A stretch of DNA of 22,152 nucleotides from an uncultured Kofleriaceae bacterium. GTDB taxonomy: Bacteria > Myxococcota_A > Polyangia > Haliangiales > Haliangiaceae. The position numbers and the translations under genes were made by a program. The DNA is taken from positions 20,669 to 42,820 of the forward strand of contig CAZUAR010000026.1 of the NCBI GenBank assembly GCA_964617845.1, read 5' to 3'. Of this stretch, positions 7,998 through 17,000 are shown piece after piece. The notes below the pieces were generated by a model. That model was not told where the DNA came from and made no database searches. It saw nothing but the letters and a program-made list of their open reading frames with translations. The first letter of the stretch is position 1, and each line of letters starts with the position of its first letter.

Positions 7998-8116
7998 CGA
8001 AGCGACCGTCGACGGAGCCCGCGGAGGCCGGGGACGACAGGACCTGGCTCCTGCCTCCGACGCCGTCGCCGGAGGTCGCGCAGCGCCTGCAGCACCTCGC
8101 GCTCGCGCGCGCGTCG

Positions 8117-9781
8117 GTGTTCCTCCCGATCGTCCTCGTCGGCATCGTCATCGCGCTCGCGATCAGCGAGCCGAGCGGCGTGCCGGTGACATGGCCGATC
8201 ATCGCGACGAACGGCGTCGCGCTCGCGGCCGGGGCCGCGCTGTACATCGCGCTGCGCAAGGGCAAGCTGCCGGTGTCGCAAGCGCACGCGGTCAGCGCGC
8301 TGATCTGGCTCCTGCCGCCGGTCAACACGCTCACGTCGCTGCTCTTGACCGACGTCCCGACGCTGACCCTGATGCTGATGATCGAGCTCGCGAGCATTCC
8401 GATCCTCATCGATACGCGATGGGCGCTCGCGGCGAGCATCCCGGTCCTCGCGAGCTCGATCCCGCTCCTGCTCCGTGCCCACACGAGCGGCGTGTTCATG
8501 ACCGCCGTCGTCGGTGTGTGGGTCGTCGGCGTGCTGATGCAGCTCGTGTTGCGCCGCGCGACGATCCGCGGCGAGACCCACCGCCATCACTTGATGACGG
8601 CGCTGGAGACGCTCGAGGTCGAGCTCGCCGAACGCAAGCGGGCCGAGGCAGACCGCGAGGCGCTCCGCGATCAGTTCGTGCACGCGCAGCGAATGGAGGC
8701 GGTCGGCACGCTGTCGGCCGGCCTCGCGCACGACATGAACAACATCCTCGGCGGCATCCTCGCGTTCGCACAGATCTTGCGCGCGGAGGCCACGGACAAG
8801 CAGGTCCAGCAGGATCTCGATCGCATCCGGCAGGAGGCCGAGCGCGGCGCGGCGCTGACGCGTGGGCTCCTCGCGTTCTCGCGGCGCGGCGCGTATCGCC
8901 GGCGACCACTGCCGCTCGCGAGCGTGCTCGACGACATGACGCCGCTCCTCAAGACGCTCGGCAAGGGCATCTCGATCGAGCGCATCGATGGGCCGATGAT
9001 GATCGTCGACGGCGATCCGGCGCAGCTCGGCCAGGTGCTGTTCAACCTGTGTCGCAACGCCGCGGACGCGATGGGCGGCGAAGGCACGATCGTGATCAAG
9101 ACCGCCCAGGTCGAGCGCTCTGCCATCACCCACGCGAAGCTCTCGGTCACGGACACCGGCAGCGGCATGGACGAGGCGACGAAGAAGCGCATGTTCGAGC
9201 CATTCTTCACCACCAAGCCGATCGGCAAGGGCACCGGCCTCGGGCTCGCGATGGTGTACGGCGCGATCGAGGCGCACGACGGTGCGATCGAGGTGCGCTC
9301 CGCGCCGGGCGAAGGCACGACGGTGAACATCTACCTGCCGATCACCGAGGAGCTGCCGCAGCTCGCCCAGCGCGCCGCGGGCCAGGCGAGCGTGCGCCGT
9401 GGCCACGTGCTGATCGTCGACGACGACGCGACGATGCGCGAGGCGACGGCGCGCATCGCCGAGGGTATCGGCCTCACGCCTCTCGTCGCCTCCAACGGCA
9501 AGGAAGCGCTCGCGGTGTGGGCGCAGCACAAGGGGGCGATCACGCTCGTGCTGCTCGACATGGTGATGCCCGAGCTCGACGGCGCGGCGACGTTTCGCGC
9601 GCTGCGCGAGCAATCGAACGTTCCGGTGCTGCTCGTGTCGGGCTACACCGATCACACCGCAGCGCAGGAGCTGCTCGCGGAAGGCGCGGAAGGCTTCCTC
9701 GAGAAGCCGTTCACGGCGGAGGAGCTCGCCGGGGAGATCGATCGCATCCTCGGCCGGCGCAGCTCCGAGATCGTCGCATAG
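8117..9781 (+). CDS. Hybrid sensor histidine kinase: polytopic membrane sensor region, HisKA, HATPase_c, and a C-terminal receiver.
   Basis: H-box LSAGLAHDMNNIL, N-box LFNLCRNAADAM, G1 VTDTGSGM, F-box FEPFF, G2 GKGTGLGLAMV. Receiver HVLIVDDDATMRE...LLDMVMPELDG...LLVSGY...EKPF. Start is uncertain: GTG 8117 is the first canonical start after a stop at 7934, with no good SD. Confidence 0.85.
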   Translation: MFLPIVLVGIVIALAISEPSGVPVTWPIIATNGVALAAGAALYIALRKGKLPVSQAHAVSALIWLLPPVNTLTSLLLTDVPTLTLMLMIELASIPILIDTRWALAASIPVLASSIPLLLRAHTSGVFMTAVVGVWVVGVLMQLVLRRATIRGETHRHHLMTALETLEVELAERKRAEADREALRDQFVHAQRMEAVGTLSAGLAHDMNNILGGILAFAQILRAEATDKQVQQDLDRIRQEAERGAALTRGLLAFSRRGAYRRRPLPLASVLDDMTPLLKTLGKGISIERIDGPMMIVDGDPAQLGQVLFNLCRNAADAMGGEGTIVIKTAQVERSAITHAKLSVTDTGSGMDEATKKRMFEPFFTTKPIGKGTGLGLAMVYGAIEAHDGAIEVRSAPGEGTTVNIYLPITEELPQLAQRAAGQASVRRGHVLIVDDDATMREATARIAEGIGLTPLVASNGKEALAVWAQHKGAITLVLLDMVMPELDGAATFRALREQSNVPVLLVSGYTDHTAAQELLAEGAEGFLEKPFTAEELAGEIDRILGRRSSEIVA

Positions 9782-9812
9782 AGCCGGCGCACGTCGTGCA
9801 CCGCTTCCGTGC

Positions 9813-10886
9813 GTGAAACCCACGATCAGAGCGATCCTGATCGCAGCGCTCGTCTCGGCGTGCGGCCGACAAGATGCTGCGCCTCCCGCCGCACCTCCCG
9901 CGACGCAGGTCGCGACGGACGAGGTCGCGATCGTCCAGTACGGCCGGCTCTCGCACGGACCCTTGATCTCGGGCACGCTCGAGGCGAGCCGAGGTGCCAC
10001 GCTCGTCGCGCGTTCCGGCGGGACGGTCCTCGAGATCGGCGCCGAGCTCGGCGATCGCGTGCGCGAGGGCACGGTGCTCGCACGGATCGAGACGGCGGCG
10101 CTCGGCTCCTCGGCGGCGGGAGCGAAGGCAGCGGTCGACGCCGCAGAAGCACAACTCGAGGTCGCGCGCCGAGAAGCGGCGGTCGACAAGCGGCTGCTCG
10201 ACAGCGGCGCGATCACGCGGCAGGTCGCCGATGCGAGCGCGAGTCGCGTCGCCGCGCAGACCGCAGCCCTCGCGCAGGCGAAGGCACAGTACGCGGCCGC
10301 GGGCGAGCAACTCGGCGACACCGTGATCCGAGCGCCCATCGACGGCGTCGTCGCGAGGCGGACCGTGAAGGTCGGCGATGTCGTCGCTCCCGGCGCTCCA
10401 CTGTACGAGCTGATCGATCCATCGTCGCTGCGCCTCGCCGCGCAGGTCCCGTCGGATCGCATCGCGGCGATCCAGGAGGGCATGGAGGTCCGCTTCGTCG
10501 TCCGCGGCTACGGCGACAAGACGTTCGTCGGGACGATCTCGCGCATCTCGCCCGCGGCCGACCCGGTGACGCGCCAGCTGCCGATCCTCGTCGACATCCC
10601 GAACGCGGCGGGCGAGCTGCGCGCCGGGCTGTACGCCCAGGGCCGGCTCGATACGGAGACCGCCGACGGCGTGATCGTGCCCGGGTCGGCGATCGACGAG
10701 AGCGGCCAGGAGCCGACGGTCGCGAAGATCGTCGGCGACAAGGTGAAGGTGGTGCCGGTCGAGCTCGGCCTGCGCGATCCGCTGACGGATCGCGTGATCG
10801 TGAAGACGGGCCTCGCGCCCGGTGACCGCGTGATCCTCCGCGCGGTCGCGGCGCCGTCCTCGGGGACCACGATCAAGGTGAGCTGA
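9813..10886 (+). CDS. Efflux RND transporter periplasmic adaptor subunit (membrane fusion protein, HlyD/AcrA-like). Lipoprotein.
   Basis: GTG start. Signal peptide plus lipobox LVSAC-G. Long Ala/Gln-rich coiled-coil hairpin (AAQTAALAQAKAQYAAAGEQL). Lipoyl/beta-barrel segments (VIRAPIDGVVARRTVKVGDVV). Stop TGA 10884-10886 immediately abuts the RND pump ATG. Confidence 0.85.
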   Translation: MKPTIRAILIAALVSACGRQDAAPPAAPPATQVATDEVAIVQYGRLSHGPLISGTLEASRGATLVARSGGTVLEIGAELGDRVREGTVLARIETAALGSSAAGAKAAVDAAEAQLEVARREAAVDKRLLDSGAITRQVADASASRVAAQTAALAQAKAQYAAAGEQLGDTVIRAPIDGVVARRTVKVGDVVAPGAPLYELIDPSSLRLAAQVPSDRIAAIQEGMEVRFVVRGYGDKTFVGTISRISPAADPVTRQLPILVDIPNAAGELRAGLYAQGRLDTETADGVIVPGSAIDESGQEPTVAKIVGDKVKVVPVELGLRDPLTDRVIVKTGLAPGDRVILRAVAAPSSGTTIKVS

Positions 10887-13800
10887 ATGCTGATCTCCGA
10901 CTTCGCGATCAAGAAGCCGATCGTCACGACCGTCGTGATGATCGCGATCGTCGTGTTCGGCATGGCGGCGCTGTCGCAGCTCGAGACCGACGAGTTCCCC
11001 GAGGTGCAGCCGCCGATCGTGTCGATCGCGATCCCCTACCCCGGCGCATCGCCCGCCGTCGTCGAGCGAGAGGTCGTCGATCGCGTCGAGGAAGCGGTGC
11101 AGTCGATCAGCGGCCTCGACAAGCTGCGCTCGACCTCGCTCGACGGCTTCGCGGTCCTGATCGCGGAGTTCGACTTCGAGAAGTCACCCGAGGAGGCGAC
11201 GCAGAACGTCCGCGACGAGATCTCCGCGATCCGCGGCGATCTCCCGCAGGAGATGGAGGAGCCGATCCTCACGCGCTTCGATCCCGCGGAGCTGCCGATC
11301 GTGTCGCTCGCGCTGTCGGCGGACACGATGGACCCGGCCGCGCTCACGCGGCTCGCCGATCCGGAGATCAAGCGCGCGCTCACCGCGATCCCCGGCGTCG
11401 CCGACGTACAGATCATCGGCGGTGTCGAGCGCGAGCTCGTGATCGAGGCGCGCCCCGAAGCGCTCGAAGCGGCCGGCCTCTCGATCGCCGACGTCTCGCG
11501 CGCGGTGCAGACGAGCAACCTCGAGGCGCCCGTCGGCCGCCTCGTCGCCGGTAAGACCGAGCGCACGATCCGTCTCTCGGGTCGCCTCGAGAGACCCGCC
11601 GACTTCGAGCAGATCGTGGTGTCGCGCGCGAACGGCCGCACCGTCTATCTCGGCGAGGTCGCCCAGATCAAGGACTCCACCGAGGAGGCGCGCAGCGCCG
11701 CGTTCTTCGGCGATCGCGCGGGCGTCGGCATCGACATCAAGAAGGCGCTCGGCTACTCGACGACCGATGTGGCGAGCCTGATCCGCATGAAGGTCGGCGA
11801 GCTGCAGGCCGGCCTCCCCGAGGGCGTGAAGCTCGACGTCGTGCGCGACGCCGGCACGCGCGTGTCCAACTCCGTCACCGATGTCGGCAAGACGCTCGCG
11901 GAGGGCGCGCTGCTCACGATCCTCGTCGTGTTCCTGTTCCTGCGCTCGTGGCGCTCGACGGTGATCACGGGCCTCGCCCTGCCCGTCTCCGTGATCGCCG
12001 CGTTCGTCACCGTGTGGGCCTGGGGCTTCACGCTCAACACGATGTCGCTGCTCGGCCTGTCGCTGGCGATCGGCATCCTCGTCGACGACGCGATCGTCGT
12101 GCGCGAGAACATCGTGCGCCACCTCGAGATGGGCCGCGATCACCTGCGCGCCGCGCGCGAAGGCACGTCCGAGATCGGCCTCGCGGTCACCGCGACCACG
12201 CTGTCGATCGTCGTCGTGTTCGTGCCGATCGCGTTCATGGGCGGCATCGCGGAGCAATGGTTCGCGCCGTTCGCGCTGACGATCGCCTCCGCCGTCCTCG
12301 TCTCGCTCTTCGTGTCGTTCTCTCTCGATCCGATGCTGTCCGCCGTGTGGGAGGACCCCGAGGCGCACGGCAAGCGCTCGTGGATCTCGCGCCGCCTCGA
12401 GTTCTTCCATCGCGCGCTCGACTGGATGACCGAGAAGTACCGCCACATCATCCGCTGGACGCTGCGCCACCGCCTGATCACGTTCGCGCTCGCGATCGTC
12501 GCGTTCGTCGCATCGATCGCGCTGCCCGCGACGGGCACCGTCGGCAGCGAGTTCTTCCCGACTACCGACGAGTCCGAGTTCCAGCTGCAGATCGAGACCC
12601 CGCCCGGCAGCTCGCTCGCCTACACGCGCGACAAGCTCGAGACGGTCTCGAGGCTCGCGCGCGAGCACTCCGAGGTCGCCTACACCTACGCGACGATCGG
12701 CGGCCAGACCGGCGAGTCCGTCGACGAAGGCAGCCTCTACGTGCGCCTCGTCCCCAAGGACGAACGCGAGCGCTCGCAACAAGCCGTGATGGCCGACCTC
12801 CGCGCCGAGATCGCCGCGACATCCGGCGTCTCCGCGTGGGTCCCGCAGGGCTTCGGCGGCGAGCGCCAGATCGCGCTGCAGTTCGTCGGCCCCGACGCGA
12901 AGGTGCTGAACCGCATCGCCCTCGACGCGGCGTCGCGCATCCGCACGATCCCCGGCGTCGTCGACGTCGGCCTGTCGTCGAAGGGCCAGCGCCCCGAGCT
13001 CTCGGTCACGCCCGACCGCGCCTCCGGCGGCGCGATCGGCATCTCCGTCGGCGACCTCGCGCAATCCCTCCGCCCCGCATTCGCCGGCCTCGACGTCGGC
13101 GACTGGATCGATCCGGCCGGCGAGACCCGCGACGTCGTCGTTCGCCTCGCCGCGGGCGCGCGCGAGCAACCGATCGATGTCGCCGCGCTCCCGATCCGCA
13201 GCGCGACCGGCTCCCCCGTCCCGCTCGCGCAGGTCGCGACGCTCGACCAGTCGCTCGCACCGACGCAGATCGAGCACCTCGACGGCCGCCGCGTCGTCAC
13301 CGTCGCGGCCAACACCGCCGGCATCCCGCTGTCCGCCGCGAACGCCGAGATCGAGAAGGCCCTCGCCGACCTGCCGCTGCCGGCCGGCTACGAGCGCCTC
13401 ACCGGCGGCCAGACCGAGGACCAGCAGGAGGTGTTCGGGCGCATCTTCATGGCGCTCGGGATCGCGATCGTCCTCATGTACTTCGTCCTCGTCGTCCAGT
13501 TCGGCTCGTTCATCGATCCGATTCCGATCATGCTCTCGCTCCCGCTGTCGCTCATCGGCGTGATGCTCGCGCTGCTGGCCTCGGGCTCGACGCTCAACCT
13601 CATGTCGATGATCGGCATGATCCTGCTGATGGGCCTCGTCGCGAAGAACGCGATCCTCCTGATCGACTTCGCGAAGCGCGCGCAGTCCGGCGGCCGCACG
13701 CGCGAGGAGGCTCTCGCCGAAGCGGGCGCGGTTCGCTTCCGCCCGATCATCATGACGAGCGTGGCGATCATCGCGGGCATGATCCCCGTCGCGCTCGGCG

Positions 13801-14015
13801 GTGGCGAAGGCGCGGACTTCCGCGCGCCGCTCGGTCGCGCGGTCATCGGCGGCGTGATGGCGTCGACGATCCTGACGCTGCTCGTGATCCCCACGTTCTA
13901 CGACGTGGTCGCGAATGCGCGCGACCGCGTGGTGAGACGCCTCCGCAAGGGGCGTCCACCGGTCCTCGGCTCGCAGAAGCTGGGCGAGACGGGCCGCCAT
14001 CCGCGGATGGAGTAG
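10887..14015 (+). CDS. Efflux RND transporter permease subunit (AcrB/HAE1-like, 1042 aa).
   Basis: ATG at 10887 directly after the adaptor stop. 12-TM architecture with two large periplasmic loops. Conserved RND TM4 region GLSLAIGILVDDAIVVRENI. Size and topology typical of the AcrB/MexB/CzcA superfamily. Confidence 0.9.
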   Translation: MLISDFAIKKPIVTTVVMIAIVVFGMAALSQLETDEFPEVQPPIVSIAIPYPGASPAVVEREVVDRVEEAVQSISGLDKLRSTSLDGFAVLIAEFDFEKSPEEATQNVRDEISAIRGDLPQEMEEPILTRFDPAELPIVSLALSADTMDPAALTRLADPEIKRALTAIPGVADVQIIGGVERELVIEARPEALEAAGLSIADVSRAVQTSNLEAPVGRLVAGKTERTIRLSGRLERPADFEQIVVSRANGRTVYLGEVAQIKDSTEEARSAAFFGDRAGVGIDIKKALGYSTTDVASLIRMKVGELQAGLPEGVKLDVVRDAGTRVSNSVTDVGKTLAEGALLTILVVFLFLRSWRSTVITGLALPVSVIAAFVTVWAWGFTLNTMSLLGLSLAIGILVDDAIVVRENIVRHLEMGRDHLRAAREGTSEIGLAVTATTLSIVVVFVPIAFMGGIAEQWFAPFALTIASAVLVSLFVSFSLDPMLSAVWEDPEAHGKRSWISRRLEFFHRALDWMTEKYRHIIRWTLRHRLITFALAIVAFVASIALPATGTVGSEFFPTTDESEFQLQIETPPGSSLAYTRDKLETVSRLAREHSEVAYTYATIGGQTGESVDEGSLYVRLVPKDERERSQQAVMADLRAEIAATSGVSAWVPQGFGGERQIALQFVGPDAKVLNRIALDAASRIRTIPGVVDVGLSSKGQRPELSVTPDRASGGAIGISVGDLAQSLRPAFAGLDVGDWIDPAGETRDVVVRLAAGAREQPIDVAALPIRSATGSPVPLAQVATLDQSLAPTQIEHLDGRRVVTVAANTAGIPLSAANAEIEKALADLPLPAGYERLTGGQTEDQQEVFGRIFMALGIAIVLMYFVLVVQFGSFIDPIPIMLSLPLSLIGVMLALLASGSTLNLMSMIGMILLMGLVAKNAILLIDFAKRAQSGGRTREEALAEAGAVRFRPIIMTSVAIIAGMIPVALGGGEGADFRAPLGRAVIGGVMASTILTLLVIPTFYDVVANARDRVVRRLRKGRPPVLGSQKLGETGRHPRME
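13998..14011. repeat. Perfect 14-bp palindrome CCATCCGCGGATGG inside the last codons of the RND pump gene. It sits 20 nt from the convergent 1575-aa gene stop; the intergenic gap is 15 bp.
   Basis: The sequence is self-complementary. It is the only obvious secondary-structure element at a tail-to-tail junction that lacks room for a conventional terminator. Confidence 0.25.
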
Positions 14016-14030
14016 CTCCGTTCGTCGAGC

Positions 14031-17000
14031 CTACGGCGGATCGCTCTGGGCGCGCTTGTAGGCGCGCTCGAACAGCTCGTGCGTCGGCTCGTGCGGCACG
14101 TTGCGATCGAGCCCCGCGTAGAACGGCAGCTTCCACTCCTCGGTCGGCAGGTTCTCGCGATCGCCCTTCGTGTAGCCGCCCTTGATGAAGATCGAGCGGC
14201 CCGCGCGCTCGCGCTTGCCCTCGACGACGAGCTTCTTCTTCACGAGCTCCGCGGACGCGGCGGCGTACTGCTTCGTCGTCCAGCCGTTCCACGTCGTCAC
14301 GTTCTTCTGCGTGGGCTCGGCGAGCGCGAGCACCTGGAGATAGAGCGCGGCCGCTTCCTGCGACAGCCCTTCGGCCTTCGCGACCTTCGCGACGAGCTTG
14401 GGCGCCGACGCGAGCGGGTTCGCTTCGAAGCCGCCCTCCGGCACCTCGGTGTCGTCGACGCGATCGGCGAGCGCCGTGAAGCCGTCGGAGAGGATCAGCT
14501 GCGCCGTCTTGAGGTCCTCGAGCGGATCGCCGCCCGGGGTGTTCTCCTCGTCGAACATCGCCTGCGCGAGCTTCTCCGCCGTCTTGCCGCCCGCGCCGTC
14601 GAGCTTTCCGGGGCGGAAGCCCGCGTGCACGTGGTGCGTGTAGCGCGCGACGAGCACCGCGCCGTCATCGCGGGCCTCGCTGGCGAGGTCCTCGCCGCTC
14701 TTGCCGGCGTCGAACGTCTTTCCGGCCACGAGGTTCATCAGTGCGTCGGCGCGCGCCTTGTCCTTCGCGCTGTCGTCGTCGACGTAGAAGTCGTCGATCT
14801 TCCAGATCGCTTCGGGGGCGGACAGCATCGCGCGCAGCTTCTTGATGGCGGCCGGCACGCCCGCGCGGATCGGGCAGCCGATCGGACGCGCGAAGAACAG
14901 CCACGCGGCGAGCGTCGCGACCTCCTTCGCGCGTCGCGGCGTCAGGTAGCCTTCGCCGCGCTTGCGCCATGCGCCGATCTCCGCGAACGGTCGATCGTCG
15001 TTGCGCAGCCACGGGAGATCGAGCTCGCCCGCGAACAGCGGCAGGATCTCGGCGAGGTCGTTGCCGAGCGAGAGCTCCTTCTTCGCCTGCGCGATCAGGT
15101 CCTGCGGGATCTTGGTCTTCTTGCCGTACTTCTTCTTCCACGCGTCGCCGACGCGATCGGCCCAGCCGCCGTCGGTGGCGGGCGCAAGGAGCAGCGCCGG
15201 GTCGTCGGGGACCGCCGCATCGAGCAGCGCGTACAGCACGTCGTCGGTCAGCGGCTTGAACGTCTCGTTCGCGGCGGAGGCCTCGTCGCGCTTGAGCCCG
15301 AGCAGCTCGCGCGTGGGCTTGCCGAGGAAGTCCTTGCCCCACGCGTTGCGCTTGGGCGCGCCGTGGAAGAGCAGCGTCGCCTCGGCGAGCGACAGGTCGG
15401 CGCGCTTCGCGGTGCGCTCGGCCATCGCCGGCTCCCACGCCATCGGCGCATCGGGGAGCGCGAGGAGCTTCTCCGCCCACGCGGTGCCGATGCCCTTGCT
15501 CAGCTTGGTCGCCTTGTCGACCTTCCACTTGTTCGGCGGTGCGCGGAACGTGCCGTCGGTCGTGTACTCGATCGCCCAGTTGTTGTCCTCGTGGATCGCG
15601 AACACGCTCGCCTCGTGCTTCACGACCTTGAGCGTGCCGTACTCCTCGTCGTCGTCGCCGGTCCAGTCGTCGGGCTCCTCGATCGCGAGGTAGCGAACCG
15701 ATGACAGATCGTCGGCGAGGATCGTGCCCGCGAGCGCTTGCGCGATCTCGCGCGCCTTGCGCCGCGCGGCCTCCTCGGAGACCGGTGACAGCGCGCGCAT
15801 CACCTCGGCGCGCGGGCGAACGAGCCAGTCTTCGATGTCGGTGTCGAAGTCGGCGATCTTCGTCGCCTTGCCCGTCGCGAGCGCGAGCGCCATCTTGCGC
15901 ACGTTGCCCGCTTCACCGACGAGCGCGGTGCCGCTCGCGTCCGCGTTGTCCTTGTGACGCGCGGACGCCATCTCTCGCGCCTGGAGCACCAGCTCGGCCG
16001 CGCGCTCCGCGTGACCCGCGATTCCCGCGACGATCGCGGGGTGCGTCACGCCCGGGAGCGCGCTCTTGATCGCCGCTTCGATCGCGACGGTGATCGTGCC
16101 GCCGTCCGGCCGCGCCGAGACTTCCTTGATGGCGGCGTCGAGGATCGTCCGCGCGACGTCGGTCGTGATGCCACGCAGCGCGCGGCTCGATGCTTCGTCG
16201 CGCGGCGTCAGGTAGTGCCAGAACGCGACCGGCGGTACCGGCACGGTGCCCCAGCCACGCGACGTCCACGGATGCTGGTTGATCTCGCCGAGGTCGTGCT
16301 TGCCGCTCGGATCGTGGAGCTGCGCGCCCGGCCCGCCGCCTTCGATGAACCGCTTGCTGCTCGCCTGCTCCGCGGTGACCACGCGCAGCGACTCGTCGCC
16401 GGGGAACGACACGAGGTATTGGGGCGTATCGAAGCCCGTGTACATCCGCCCGTCGACGCGCTCCGCCTCCTGAAACGGTCGCGGATCGTCGTCGGCGCGC
16501 TCGCCCTTGACGTTGCGCACGCGAACACCGAGGAGGCCGTTCGCGATGCCGAGCGGCGAGAATGTCAGCCCGGGAGGCGCCGGATGCAGCCGGCAGTCCC
16601 TCACGTCGGTCTCGTAGCCTTCCCTGGTCCACTGCGCGATCCACGCGGGACCGCCGTCCTCGGCCCCCTTCGCGTTCTTGATCGGATCGTACGCGCGCAG
16701 CTTTCGCCCGTACTCCTTCTGCCACATCGTGGTTCCGTCGCAGAGGTACTCCATCGTCCCGGTGATCTCGCTGCCGCCGGGGTGGAACGCCTTGTGGCCG
16801 AGCGTCACGCTGCCGTCGGGCAACGTCCACGCGTACGGCGTGTTGCCGCCCCACGTGCGCAGGTGCGCCTTCTGTTCGTGCAGCTCCTTGGGCGCGCTCG
16901 CCCAGTAGAACATGTTCTGCCAGCCCTTCTCGGGGTCGAGCTCGACGAACAGCGCATCACCGAACAGGAACGCGCGCTCGATCTTGTACTCGGTCGGCTT

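Noticed and set aside
7823-10483. 886-aa minus-strand ORF antisense to the hybrid HK and adaptor
   Set aside because: Shadow frame. The plus strand carries the full H/N/G1/F/G2 kinase boxes and a canonical receiver.
11184-14000. 938-aa minus-strand ORF and the 745-aa +2 frame ORF (11948-14185) inside the RND gene
   Set aside because: Arg/Asp/Glu/His-rich low-complexity translations. The RND pump frame (10887-14015) has 12 TM helices and conserved RND motifs.
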